DNA from: Hemiscyllium ocellatum
Lineage: Eukaryota
DNA: 64,000 nt
Direction: 5' to 3'
Assembly: GCF_020745735.1 (NCBI RefSeq)
Contig: NW_026867863.1
Location: 862,504 to 926,503 of the forward strand
Program-made: the position numbers and the translations under genes
Part shown: positions 46,631-60,199 of the stretch, piece by piece
Layout: every line of letters begins with the position of its first letter
Position numbering within the stretch: the stretch's first letter is position 1
Notes under the pieces: model-generated
The model's input: only the letters and a program-made list of their open reading frames with translations
Databases searched by the model: none
What the model was told of the DNA's origin: nothing

Positions 46631-47864
46631 TATTTTGTGGTCTCAAAGTGACATGGTAAAAATATGCAGTAAACCTTACTTGCAAACAAATGAAAACGTC
46701 CAATACTTCATTCCATGCTCAAGAATGACGTATTGCCTTGTTCATTGTACGACACAGACTTTTATTTTATATCTGGTACTAAGCTATTCGACTTCATTTA
46801 TGGGATGTGACCACAGAACAAGTGGGTTTCACATTTGATTAACTAGGATAAACGCAATCTCACTGAACTTCTTACAGACGTTCTCTGTAATTAGCGAATG
46901 AGGCAGGAAAATAAATTCTGGTGGGAACGCTCAATAGGGATGAATGAACTAGGAATTAGAGCCCGGCTGATTCAGTCTGATTTGGCATGGAAATGTTTAC
47001 ATAATGAATATAAATCTGAATAAAACTAGTGCAAATTTCCATCGAGTTTGTAGATTAATTTAAGAAGTTTCTACTTGTTTTTTTTTCAATGAATAAAGTA
47101 AAAAATGCAGCCTGGTAATTAAAGTGAATCTACAGACCTGTCATTAACTCCTTGAATGGAAGGAAAGACTTGAGGGGATGGGTGTTCTTCACGATGTCTG
47201 GTGCTGTACTCAGTGCCTTGTTTTCAGGTTAACTCCAAATTCAACCCACAAGGAATAATGACATAAATTAGAGAATTGTCTCACACCAATATTGCCAAGT
47301 ATTTTCAATCACGTTAAATATAATGATCAGAATTTCCATGGCCATTCACCGTTCCAGTAACACTTTAAAACCTCTGCAAATGCATGAAGACAAAGAGAAT
47401 AATTATGTTGAAACACAATTTGTCCGAAATTCGATAACTGATTTGGCAATTCGTGTGACCAGCAGCATTTGCACGTAACGTTCATGGACATAGAAATGAA
47501 CTCATTACATACAGATTACTCTTGTCCCAAGTATCAATAGATGGTGTTAAGTAAGAGACCAACTCTGAAAGAAAGATAACTCCGGGAATTACATTATGGT
47601 ATCTTCGATGATTTTACTTTTTTCTCAGGTTTCACTTTTTACAAAGCCAGTGTTCTTTAGGAATTATTACACAGATTACGTTATAGGTAATCACGAATTC
47701 TTTCACAGATCAAAATATATGAACAATAGTAAGTATCGTTTCAGCAAGAGTTAGAAGTTGCCATTTCGAAGGTGGTTACTTCACCTTGTGACGACATAAC
47801 CTGAAGAGTGGGTGTACTGAATCTGAAGAGGCATTTTACATTGACTTTGATTGCTGTTTCATAG

Positions 47865-48173
47865 GAGATACTGTGCGCCACGATTACACAGTTAAAATCC
47901 TCCCGCCACCAGTAGAACAGGTCTTGCTGGAGGCGACGGTGACTTTAAGCTGCCTTGTGTCCAATCTTCCTTCTGGAGTCAACGTCACCAGGATACAAGA
48001 AAAGAAGCCTCTGAAATTAGAAATTGCTGACCAGTCTGGACAGAATCCTGGCAGTGCGATTAGCAAATTAGAAATTTCGACTGAAGCCTGGCTGAGTGGC
48101 ATTACTTTTGAATGTGTGGTGTACCATCAGAATCTACCAACTCCGTTGAGAGACTCCATCCACAAGAAGAAAG
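47865..48173 (+). CDS. IGHM: Cmu3 exon, open; conserved Trp replaced by Arg
   Basis: [36 protein letters not shown][R][34 protein letters not shown] at 47990-92. AG and gtgag sites present. Confidence 0.93.
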
Positions 48174-48630
48174 GTGAGCGGTGGGATTAAAGCACAAAGA
48201 ATTCCGTGTGTAATTGAGATCCAGGCACATCAATGGTAAGCTTTGATTGGTAATGAGCAAACACTGTTGGGAGCATAAATCATGCACTTGATAGCAGAAA
48301 AGCTAAGTATCTGATTAAGAAAGAGACAGACCAAAGGCTATTCTATTCCGATTAAATCAGATAAGGTGGGAAGGAACCTAGGTTGTTACGTCACCATCAG
48401 CGATGACACATGGACAGAATGTCCTTGTTGTGGGCTGGAAACATGGACACGACTTTCAAATTAAACTTTTTACATCTTTTATTGAACATAATGTCTACCA
48501 CTCTGCTCCTATTAGAAAATGAATGTGAATAAATCCCAAATTAAGAATGGCATATTTTAATATTTAGTGAAATCGTGATATTGATTTTGGTTTTTATAGT
48601 TGATTTATATTTGTCTCAAATATTTTGCAG

Positions 48631-49022
48631 TGATTAATGCACTGGAGCCATCAGTGTCTGTGCTCCTGCCACCAACAGAAGAAACCTCCGTTCAGAGGTT
48701 TCTCTCCCTCACCTGTTTAGTGAGGGGTTTCTTCCCCCGAGACATCTTCGTCAAGTGGACAAACAATGACAAGTCGGTGAATCCCAGTAACTACAAGAAC
48801 ACCGAGGAGATGGTGGAGAGCAACAACACCTCCTTCTTCATCTACAGCCTGTTATCCATTACTGCGGAGGAGTGGGCCAGCGGTACTTCTTACTCCTGTG
48901 TGGTGGGACATGAAGCGATTCCATTGAAGATCATCAACAGAACAGTCGATAATTCGAGTGGTAAAACAAGTTTTGTAAACATTTCACTTGCACTGATGGA
49001 CACTGTTAATTCATGTCAATAA
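48631..49022 (+). CDS. IGHM: Cmu4 exon plus secretory tailpiece; internal donor after 48960 for the membrane form
   Basis: [51 protein letters not shown]|[19 protein letters not shown]. The tailpiece has an NIS sequon and a penultimate Cys. Confidence 0.95.
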
Positions 49023-49063
49023 AAATCTCAACGTTGATTCAATAATTCAACAAAAGTAATAAA
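49018..49063 (+). terminator. Secretory poly(A) signals
   Basis: AATAAA at 49018-49023 (overlapping the stop) and at 49058-49063. Confidence 0.7.
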
Positions 49064-49171
49064 GCATTTTTTTTCGTCCAGTTGTGAGCTAAATATACAA
49101 CTGCTGAATGAATTGATTCTCATTCTTACCTCTATTCCATCTGTGCAGTTTAAATGAGATGAGATTCCCTT

Positions 49172-49400
49172 CAGTGTGGAAACAGGCCCTTCGGCCCAAC
49201 AAGTCCACACTGACCTTCCGAAGAGCAACGCACCCAGAACCATTCCCCTTCATTTACCCCTGACTAATGAAATCAATACTACGGGCAATTTAGCATGGCT
49301 AATTCACATAACGTGCACATCTTTGGACCGTGGGAGGAAACTGGGGCACCCAAAAGAAACCCACGCAGATGCGCGGACAATGCACAAACTCCACAAAGTT
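49172..49400 (-). mobile_element. HE1-type SINE, 3' part
   Basis: cagtgtggaaacaggcccttcggcccaacaagtccacac..gggaggaaactggggcaccc..tgcacaaactccaca. Confidence 0.85.
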
Positions 49401-49739
49401 AAATTGGATCTTTAACAGGTCTGGGAAGCGTGTCTTGTGCAGTTATGTTCCCTGCTCCGATACACCCTGGGTGAGAGACTGAGTAAAGCTTACTCATTGC
49501 ACGATTCCGCCAAGTACCTCATCCATCCTAAATCCCACTGTGATGGAATCTGACAATGTCCATTCTACATCAAGGGGAGAACACAAGTTTTGATCTTGGT
49601 GTTCCTGATTCCCCGATTGGCCATTCTTACAAAATTCACGTTTCCTACAAAACAAGGTCGATGTTATGTTATCGTGGGCAATCAGTTAAAATTAGAACCA
49701 TCAACTTAGAATAATAAAAATTGCAGTTTGGTATAAGAG

Positions 49740-51000
49740 CAGAAGCACACACAGATACAGAGAGATGCTCACAAATACGCACGTAAAGACATTTATACAG
49801 ACTCTCACATAAACATAAACAGTTATGCACATCCACTCAGATGTGCATATAGATAAGACATCACATACGCGTACACGCACAGAACCACACATGCAAATGG
49901 TACTTGAACATTCATCTGAGCTTTTCCAAAAACTCACATACACCGAAAGAAAAGCTCATACAGAAATAAACAGGGGTACTTATACATAACCATGAAAAAC
50001 ATAGACACACGGTAACACATAAATGGACACAAATTCATATGCATTCATGCAGCACAGTGCATTCCTGAAGAAGGGCTTATGCCCGAAACGTCGATTATCC
50101 TGCTCCTTGGATGCTGCCTGACCTGCTGAGCTTTTCCAGCAACACATTTTTTCAGCTCTGATGTCCAGCATCTGCAGTCCTCACTTTTTCCTAGCACAAC
50201 GCATTCAGGCATACATGCATGAACACAGATATAACATACCAAAAATGCCCTCCTGCATGTCGACACACACAGGCACGTAAGTGCACAGAGAAAACGTAAA
50301 TTTCATTATTTTCCTATTTTTCATTATCACAAACATATGATGACAGAGGCAGCTTTTTTTTATATTTAAGCCACGTTGATCAGCACGTATACGCGGTCAC
50401 ATGCACACACAAATTCAGAGTCTCACATGCAGACACGCAAGTGCACAGATCAACAAAAAGTGGGGCATTTATTAAACAAGGATAATGGCACAAGCATCAG
50501 CAAGCATCCACACACAATAACACAAACAAGCTTATCAGGATATGATTTAGGATAGATTGCCACACAAGCAGACATCATCACATAAATATAAACATCCATC
50601 AAAACATGATTTTATATGCTAACACTTATTAAGCATAAACATGAAAATAAACTAGTGAAGCGAGAATCTGAAATTGATACATGAACACACATTTTAGATA
50701 GCACTAACGAATAATGAACAATCACAGGGACATTATGAGATAAACATAGGCATCAGTGAAATGGCATATTTGCATAAAGATGCTTATGCACTGTGAATTG
50801 AACAAAACTTACGTGCACAAACGCATGAACACACCAGCAATAAAGGAGCATGAATATGTTTATTCGTGCACAGACTCAAACATGGGTAAGAATGAAGTCA
50901 GAGTAAATCATAACTACATGCAGAAACATTAAATGAAAACCATACACATCAAGCAGTAGATCAAATAAATTAAGGGATACATGCACAAAAACATATTCCT
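49740..51000. repeat. AC-rich low-complexity tract between Sec and TM exons
   Basis: Dense cacatac/acacag/catgcac motifs, probably a decayed microsatellite. Confidence 0.5.
50060..50195 (+). mobile_element. PLE terminal fragment carrying a family B hammerhead (50061-50096)
   Basis: ATTC-CTGAAGA-A-GGGC ttat GCCC-GAAA-C-GTC-GATT followed by gatgctgcctgacctgctgagcttttccagcaacac..cagcatctgcagtcctcac. Confidence 0.75.
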
Positions 51001-51488
51001 TAAAATAGAGACCCTACAAACAAAAATATGAAGCAAAGTTGTAATTGTGTATGCAACGTATATTCATAATCTGCCAAGCAATTTCTCACCAATAAATAAA
51101 AATGAGAATCACATTTGAACTTTTATGCAATGATGGCTACGATTTTCAACTAAACTGCGGTCACAAACTATAATTAAAATATCATGACATAATTAAAATA
51201 CTCATTCCTAATAAGCGTTCCTCAAATAATAATATCCTTCAATAATAGATGAAAAGAAAAAGTAATTTAAAATGTTGCTACAGACAGCGCAGAAGGAACA
51301 TGTGCATTTATTTTTTGCAAGTTCTTGCCAAGAGTGAATAATGCACTAAGAAATTCAAATAGTCACAATTGAGAAACATCTGCCTGTTTATGAAGATGCA
51401 ATGGTCTCTAGTTTCTGACTTGGATATGGATAGATCGGACTGGATCCATAAACATTTTAAATGCGTTCTCTCGGATTTATATTCATAG

Positions 51489-51616
51489 ATTCAATGAATT
51501 GCACTTGGATTGAAGACTATGAGGATGATAATGGCAACATCTGGACAACTGCTTCCACGTTCACCACCTTGTTCTTCCTGAGTATTTTCTACAGCGCTGC
51601 TGTCACTCTGGTGAAG
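51489..51616 (+). CDS. IGHM: TM1 exon
   Basis: (D)SMNCTWIEDYEDDNGNIWTTASTFTTLFFLSIFYSAAVTLVK|gtgag, with the Ig CART-type TM residues. AG at 51487-88. Confidence 0.95.
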
Positions 51617-51752
51617 GTGAGAATAATCACATCTTTCACACGCCAAGAAGCCCAATACGTTTTGTAAAATCTCTAAGTGTACCATTAAATTAAAAAAAAT
51701 GAATGTCCCTGATCATAAATATCTGCGTCATTGCTTTATCTCTCTTTTCCAG

Positions 51753-51761
51753 GTTAAGTGA
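51753..51761 (+). CDS. IGHM: TM2 exon (VK-stop)
   Basis: Polypyrimidine tract tctctcttttccag|GTT AAG TGA, which gives the KVK cytoplasmic tail. Confidence 0.9.
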   Translation, partial: VK

Positions 51762-52165
51762 ATGAGTTGTGGACCCCTTTGCTTTTGCTGATCTGCTTAT
51801 CAAGGTCTATGAATTCCCAATCTCTAATCTGTCTTGTTGCTGACTCTAACAGTGAGATCATTTCAGCTTCTCAGCGTGTGACTGAAACAATTAATCATGG
51901 ATTTTCCTTTTTACTTTGGTATCGTCGAGATGATTGTAGTTGAAAAAAATTGTAGCTGCCCAGTTGTTTAAAACCCATTTGTTTTTTCTTTGAATTTGTT
52001 CCTCATTCAGAATGGTTGCCTACCCTTTATGATGAGCTATTGTATTCCTTTTCTGTTGACAGTTACGGATGTACAGAAACTCACAGCTCCGAGTGCACAC
52101 GATCTCATCTCAATGTGGCATCCAGCCATTGTATTCACGTCTGTTAACTTTAATATTAACGTTTG

Positions 52166-52206
52166 AATAAATTGCTTTCTGAAATGGTTAATAAATCTCG
52201 AATAAA
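52166..52206 (+). terminator. Membrane-form poly(A) signals
   Basis: AATAAA at 52166, 52190 and 52201. Confidence 0.65.
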
Positions 52207-54439
52207 TGTGCACTAACCATTCGTTTGCTTAATTCTTTCTTCAAGTCTAATCAGTAATAATACATTTTCTTACGTCCCTCTCGTTTTCCAGCTAAATACT
52301 TTCACTTGTTCTGTTTGCTTGTGTTTCATCCAGTCATTGAGGTTAATGCTGGGCTACCATGCAGCCCTCTAATGTAAATGCATCTTCCACACGATATGCC
52401 TGATGGAACACTCCAGAAGCAGAATGACCCGAGAACATTTCCTCTTATGCACAAAGGGTTACGGCCTCGGGTCACATAATGATAAAAATGAGGTGCTTCG
52501 CTCCACCTAAGCAGATAAAAGGCAGGCAACGGAGTTTGAAAGTTTACTCTGCTCTGTCTAAACTAAAAGTACTCCCAACGTCGGGACAGTCTGAGTTCGT
52601 AATGCACAATTAACCAGCTAAAGCGCCCAACAAAATATTCATCAGCCAAAAATGTCAACGTTCAGTCAGGTATTCAGGCACAACACATGTATAATCCAAG
52701 GGCAGATTCTCAGAACTGGAGTTTGTCTTACAAATAAAACTCATGGAGCATAATTCCTGGGATCTATTTGACAAACACCTGTCAAATCCAAGGAAATCAG
52801 ACTGAGATCTATCAGATACACGAATATTATTGAACAGCAACACTCAAAAATAATAAATCAGAGGTCGATGTCGATCAGGCAAGGCACAGCTCAAAAGTAC
52901 TGGAAATATTCAGCTATTTGGATCTATGTGACGCAAGATAGAACTGAGAACCAATCATAGCAACTATTCACAGCGTCTGGAATCTATCAGCAGAGGTGAA
53001 CAGTCCCAATTTCTCAGAGTCGGCGAGGTACATCATCCCGGGAACAGTGTTGTGAATCAGTCATGCATCCTATCTCATAACTTTACATTTTTCCCAAAAT
53101 GTGGCTTCTGAAACGAGATGCAATATTCCAGGTGAGACAAGCGACTGTTTTATTTCTGTTTAACATAATTGCTTTGCGTTTGTTCGGTACAGAGTACTTG
53201 AAGCAAGGTTTCTTTGCTTTTCTGTTCACATGTCATGGTTCATTCTCTGATTTGTGCAGATATACATGGAGGACCCTGTGTTCCTGCACCCCTTTGGGTT
53301 TACACCCTTATTATTGTATATTCCACTGAGTTCATCACAAAGTACAGAGGCATGTCACACACCCCTGACACTGAGATCTATCTGGCACACCAATATGAAT
53401 GAATAAGAATCCTCAAAATTATAAATCACAGATTGATTTCGATCAGGAAAGGCAGAGATCAGACGTACTGGAAAATCTGCTGTTCTCCATGTCATTTCCC
53501 ACAAACCCTCTGCAAAACGTTGAACCTCTGAGTTGTTCTTCCAATATCCTAACATTTTACCTTAAATTGCTATTAATATTTTCTGTAATTTTGCCTTATT
53601 GATCAAAGCACAGGTTAAAACTGCAAGCACTCCAAATACTGAATTCCGAGAGCGTACACGATACGGCGACCTATATTCTGAAACGGCAAACACCCGTTAA
53701 CAAAGGGCTGACAAGTACAAAACAGCAGGTGATATGAATTTGAAATAATCAAAACGTATGGAAAATAGCCTGAAGGTACAACGGTGTGAGCAAGACCTTA
53801 GCAGTCAAAATGGAGTTCGTTTTTTCTAAAAATAAATGTTACTTATATCCATAACTTACCTTCCACACAATGTTACTTTTTATTTCCCATCACCAAGTCA
53901 CCTATAGTATTTTTATTTTCAGCTACTAACCATCATCAGTAAATTGAATAATTTATGTTCAAAGCCCCTCAAAGACAACTGACACCATCAAAGGTACGGC
54001 AGAAGTAGGAAGACCTAAAAGGAGATTGGAGTCAATTTTTCTTGTGGTGAAATACTAGTGCTGTTCTGACAGAAGGTATTTCTGAGGGATGGTCCAGTAA
54101 AGCTATGTTGGTAGAACTCAAATAAGAAGAGCATGATTATGTTGAGGCAATTGTAATAGTCTCCCCAGTAGTCAGAGTGAAATTAAGTAATAAATATTTT
54201 GAGAGATCTAATTTGTACCTAAGAGTAATAGGGTTGTAATAATAGTAAATTTTAACCTTCCAACCATAAAGCGGGACAGTCATGGTCTTAAGAGTTTGAG
54301 TGATGAGGAATTTGTTCAGTGTTGAAGGAATTCTTTTCATTAATATGCAAAAGAAGCTACCGCAGAAGGAGCAAATCTGTTCTCCTCTTGTGAAATAAAG
54401 CAGGGCAAGTGACTGAATGGTTAGTAGGGGAGCAGTTTG

Positions 54440-56270
54440 GGCAAGGGGTCATAATTCGATTAGTTGCAAAGTACCTATGGAAAGGATTGGCATTATATAC
54501 AAGTTAAAGTTCTGAATTAGACGAGGGAAAATTTTGACAGTATAAGACAAAAACTTTCAAAGATTGATTGGAGTAGACTGTATGCAGCTGGAGGGAAGGC
54601 CAGCAAAAGCGAGGCTTTCAGATGTGAGATAACGAGACTTCAGAGGCATGATATTCCTGTTAGAGTGAAGGTAAGGCTAGGAAGAGGAGGGAACAATGGA
54701 GGAATAAAGATATTGAGGCTCTGTTTAAGAATAAGGACAAATCATATATTAGATATAGATAAATGAGATGAAGTGAATCTCGAAGAGTACACGAGGTGCA
54801 CGGACGTTCTAAAAAGGGGAATGAGGAGGGCAGGAATGAAAAAAATGAGATAACTTTGGTAGATAATGTTAAAGATAATCCAAAGAGATTCTACTCGTAC
54901 ATTAAGAGCAAAGGAGTAGTGTTATGGAGTCATAGAGATGCACAACATGGAAACATTCCCTTTGGTCTCATTTTCCCATGCTGACCAGATATCCTCATGT
55001 AATCCCATTTGCCAATACCTGGCCCACATCCCTCTCGACCCTTCCTATTCATATACATACTAAGACGCCTTTTAAATGTTGAAATTGAACCAGCGTTAAC
55101 CACTTTCTCTGGCAGTTCATTCCATACACACACCATCCTCTGCATGAAATGGAAAACAGCAATTGCAGTCCGGATAATCTCACTATATCATTTGTGAAAA
55201 AATAGTTCCCTGCTTTGACCTTGCAGTTAATAGAGCCTATTAATTAGTCCTGTGCTTGTAATAATTCTCCTTTATCTGTCATTCTACATTTATTTGCTAT
55301 AGTTATCATGTAGATTACTGCACCTCTCCAAGTGTTTCACCAAAAATTCAAATCAAACAAAATAAAACTGGAAATTAAATATTGTCTCTAATTATTAAAA
55401 AAAAGCAATTCAATGACACCAAATTGGAAGAGGAATGTTGAAAGATAGTCAACTCTGAGGACTACAAACGTTGCAAGAGATTATTAATTAATTTACTGCA
55501 TGGTCAAAAAATTAGCAAATGAAGATCCACACAGATAAACGTAAGGTGTTACACCTTGGTCGGAATAGTGTACAGGTCACATATTCAAAAATGCGTATTT
55601 AAGTGTGGGAGACAAACAATGGGATCTCAGACAATTACATTCGTCACTAACCATTTCATCACAGATTCTGAAGGGTATAAAAATGCAAACAAAGCACTGA
55701 GCCTTATCTCTAAAGGGGTAGATTTGAAAGTAGAGTCCCTATAAAAATTTGATTGACTATAATTAAGAGTATTGCCTGCAGCTCCAATTGACATATTATA
55801 GAATGTGCGAGAGAGAGTGAGGAGAAGATTTATAAGAATGATAAACAAATTTCTGACTGTGTATATCAGGGAAGAATTGTGCTGTTCACTTCTCTCTTGA
55901 AAAGAAGGCTGACAGTTCTGAAATTATGAAAGGTTTTGAAAAGAAAAGGTACAGATAAAACGTTTCTCAATGGGGTGGAACATAGCTAGAGGCTGACAAT
56001 GGAAGTCAGTAACTCAAGAAATCCAAAAGGGAATTCAGAGGAAACATCTTCACTGATAGAATGATGAGAACGGGGAATATGTGATCAGCCAGAATAGTTG
56101 AAATTAATAGTTTAGATGTATTTCAAGGAGAGCACTTACAATGGATGAGAGTAGAGAATTACAATGGGCGACTTACAAGAAAAAAGATGTGAAACAGCTT
56201 GAGTGGAACATAAACACTGGCATGAACTGATTGCGCAAAATGGTCTGTATCTCCTCTGTAATTCTATGTA
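54440..56270 (+). mobile_element. Degenerate CR1 fragments, with an opposite-strand CR1 3' end nested at ~54930-55150
   Basis: KDNPKRFYSYIKSK (ORF 54796) and minus ORF 54930-55145 QRMVCVWNELPEKVVNAGSISTFKRRL. RT C-terminal-like sequence at 55400-56270. Confidence 0.6.
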
Positions 56271-57139
56271 GAAAAGCACAGTTGTATGAAAAAATCAGAT
56301 CATTAAGATCATCTAGAGGAATTATAAAATTTCTCACAATAAAGTCTCAAGCATTCAGCCCTGAATATAAATGATTTTATCACATGCCCAACCTTCACTA
56401 TTTGCTTGATATCACTGAAACAGCAGCAATCACAATAATCTTATTCGGATTAGGAGTAACCCATTGTCCATGCACCAATTGGGGGATTTTAATGACTCAT
56501 TAATGGCCTCATTGGATGTCCCAACCTGGTTCTGGAAATGTTCAGTACACTCTAGCCCTCACGACTTCTTTCACTCACCTACTTTGATTTCCAGTTCCTG
56601 TATTGATCGCCACCATGGACAAGTGACTGTTCCAGTATGCAGGTGGGATACCCTGTTGTGAGTCGTGAGGTACTTCTTTAGGAGGGACATCGAGCAAGCG
56701 TGCCTCTAGAATGCAGGAGGAGGTCTACCACACAATGGAGGACCCGTCTGCTGCTAATAAACTGCCAGAATTGGCGGGAATTGACTCTACATTGACTACC
56801 TGCATAGCCATCCATTCCTTAATTTGGGATCAATAAAATACTACGGACGTGGAAATATAAGAGTCACTCAAACTTCTTCCTTACCTGGTCATCTTCCACC
56901 GTATTATACACCTATTCCCCTTGCAGCCTGTCCCTAAAGGACTGATAGAACCCAGTTCCTATCCAATATTCCAGCACAAGAAGGGCTGGCAAACTGGTCA
57001 AAATTGATAAAGCTCAACATAGAGCAATCTTGACCTGTCAAATTCCAAAATGTTACTTGAGATGAGTTCACCAAAATGACGGAAGTACAGAAACAGGAGA
57101 CGTTTGTTGTTATGTCTCAGAAGAGTTAGGACTAATGAC

Positions 57140-58110
57140 CAGAAACACGAAACAGACATTTCTGCCCATCCAAGCGGACCCAACTACAGGGATATATTTC
57201 CCTCCCTATCCCTTTCTGTCTTCTGCAAAGAACATTCCCTCCGTGATTATCTGGTCAGGTCCACGAACCCAACAACCCACCCTCCTGTCCTGACACCTTC
57301 CCTTGCCACCGCAGGGATTGCAAAACCTGCGCCCACACCTCCTCCCTCACCTCTATCCAAGACCCCAAAGGAGCCTACCACATCCGTCAAAGTATTACCT
57401 GCACATCCATCAATATCATTTGCACCCAATGCGTTCTGCTCTACATCAGGGAGACTGGACACCACTGAGCAGAGACCTTTAGAGAACATCTCTGGGAGAT
57501 CCACACCAATCAACAACACCGCCCTGTAGCCCAACATTTCAACTCCCCCTCCCACTCAGCCGTGGACATGGAGGTCCTGGGCGTCTTCACCGCCTCTCCC
57601 TCACCACAAAACGCCTGGAGGGAGAATGCCTCATCTTCTGCCTCTGAACAATTCAAACCCAGGGCATCAATATGGACTGCACCAGTTGTCCCATTTCTCC
57701 ATTCCCCACCTCACTACCGTTCCAAACTTCCCCATAACACTGTCCCCATAACTTGTCCTACTTTCCTGTCTTCCTTTCCATCTCTCTACTCCACCCTCCT
57801 CTCTGACCTATCACCTTCATCCCAGCCCTATTCACCGATTGTGCACTTTGCTACCTTCTCCCACCCTCCTCCTGACCTATCATCTCCATCCCAACTCCCA
57901 TTCACCCATTGTACTCCATGCTACTTTCTCCCCAGCCCCACCCTCCTCTCATTTATCTCTCCACCATGCAGGCACTCTGCCTCTATTCCTGATGAAGGGC
58001 TTTTGCCTGAAACTTCCATTTTCCTGCTCCTCGAATGCTGCCTGAACTGCTGCGCTTTTCCAGGACCATCTAATCTAGAATCTGGTTTCCAGCACGTGCA
58101 GTCCTTGTTT
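57140..58110 (+). mobile_element. PLE 3' fragment (GIY-YIG region plus pLTR with decayed hammerhead at 57985-58020)
   Basis: SLRDYLVRST, catcagggagactggac..agagaacatct (YIGET..EH-like), and a C/T-rich 3' UTR. The motif is ATTC-CTGATGA-A-GGGC tttt GCCT-GAAA-C-TTC. Confidence 0.8.
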
Positions 58111-60199
58111 TTACCTTTTTCGTGAGTGCTCAGTCTGTGAACGTGCAATTGATCAATAACCACAAAATTAATGTCAAATTAAAATGGTTGCTGGGTCTTT
58201 AACTTATTGTCAGGCATTAAAATTACAGAAGTCTCACAATACTGCATTTCAAGTACTGAGCAGATTATTTAATGAAACAAGGTCATACTTCAAATGACAA
58301 ACTGCACAAGATGGTGAATATTTCTTTAAAATTCCTCAATACTTTTACATGAAATGACACTGAGCGCCAAAGCAAATTGCCAACTGTGGTGGCAGCAGGA
58401 GGCAACAGAGAAAGTAGCAGGCACAAGGAGTGAAACCATTTCTTCAACACTTTGCATTTGCCACACAGTCTAGAAATTTCAGTCTGAGATAAACTCAACA
58501 ATTTAACGCTCTATTGCTGCTTGTCCTCCACTAAGTACTCAGCATTTCTTGTTCCAAGGGAGAAGGGAGAAAATGTGTCAACAATTGAGAAGCCATTTCT
58601 TCATGAATGTACTGTGATTGGGAGTTGTGTCCATGCCATTTTTGTGTGATATGTCTTATCGAGTAGCATAAAGCACGGAAACATTGAAATCTTCATGAAA
58701 CGAATTCTGATGATCAAACATATGACCACCCTTTGTCGACTTGTTGTTTCGCAAATGAAGCATAACATGGTCATACACTGGAGCAAACTTACTTTTTGAC
58801 CGTCACTTTCTTTTCTTTTGAATTTAAATTGCCAACTTCCTCAGAATTTAGACAGAGTTTGGACTCCATGTTTGTCTCACAGCTTCAATTGAACGCAAGA
58901 ACAAATTTAGAAACTTCAAACAAGCATTTTCAACTATAATTAAAGAGGGGGCTTGATATAGCACTTGTGGCAAATGGGATCGAATATTATGGGGAGAAAG
59001 CTATTGAGTTGGACAATCAGCCATGATCGTGATGAATGGCACAGCACACTCGAAGGATTGCATGGCCTCCTCCTGCTCCTATTTTCGATGTTTCTAAACT
59101 GGTTTAAATACTCAAAAAAAACTGAAGTTTAAGAATTATAGGCCTTCATCACATGATTTAGGTGAACGGGTTACACACGAGATATTTTAGTCAGCATATA
59201 AAGTTAGTCCATATGATCTCCTAGTATCGTTGCTTGAGGCTGAGATTACAGTAGATTAGAAGCTTTCCTACCACTAAGATGAATCTGTTTGTTGGACTTA
59301 TCCAGACAACTTTGAACAAAAATATTTTAAATGTTGTGATTCTCCAGTCTCTGATTCCATACCTGTATTTGAACTGGATTAGGTTGTTGTGGACATTACC
59401 ACTGTAGCTTCAATATTACTTTTCCCTATATCAGAAGTTGTCTCCAATTCAGTTGTTATCAGTTACCAACACTCTATAAATATCAGCCTTTCTTATTGAA
59501 GAAGAAATTGCAGCAGAATTCTGCTTTCTCGCCACAAATGCTGCCAGACCTGCTGAGATTCTCCAGCAGTTTCATTTTTGTTTCAGATTTCCAGCATCTT
59601 CAATTTTATTTTATTTTAGCCTTTCTAAAATTCTGTCAAACTTCATCTCATCTAAGTATCAATTGCATATTTTTTTCACCATGAATTTGACATCAACTTC
59701 CTCTTCATAATGCCTTAGCCAGGTCCCTGCCTCTATGAAGTTTAAACAGGGTATGTATGATCATTGGCCACAATCATTGTTTTGCTACGCTTTCACTGTT
59801 TGTGACGAAGGATGACTTTTGGATTCCCTTTTAATTTTAGTTGCCAGTCTCCTTTACTCTTCACGTCCCCACTGAACTGTCTATATTTCGCACTGGGGTT
59901 ATCAACAATCCGTATCCATTGCAAAATAATCCAGACAATTAGAGTTTTGTTTTTGACACCATTTCCTGCTGGTGGAAATGATAAGCTGCACTGTAGAACT
60001 GTAGCTGAACATTTCCCAAAATTTGTGCTCAAATGTCCTTGTTCAAATGCCCTCTTGCAGTATTGAAATCAGGCCCACTCCACCTCAGAATTATTCTGGA
60101 TTGTTCTTTGTTCATTTTATACACAAGCTTATATATTTTCATACAATGATAAATGCTTCCTGAACTGATCCCAGTCTAATATTTAATGCAGTTTATGCA

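Larger units (their letters stand above)
25810..51761 (+). pseudogene. IGHM: Complete shark IgM heavy-chain cluster (L-VD(D)-J-Cmu1-4-Sec-TM1-TM2), disabled
   Basis: All expected exons are present in order with GT/AG sites and phase-1 junctions. There is a TAA in V (26258-26260) and a -1 frameshift in Cmu2 (~45723). Confidence 0.93.

Noticed and set aside
25986-49022. Alternative identities: IgNAR, IgW or TCR-associated V
   Set aside because: The V has full FR2/CDR2 ([13 protein letters not shown]), unlike VNAR. Exactly four C exons, the mu-type tailpiece ..NSCQ and the KVK tail fit IgM.
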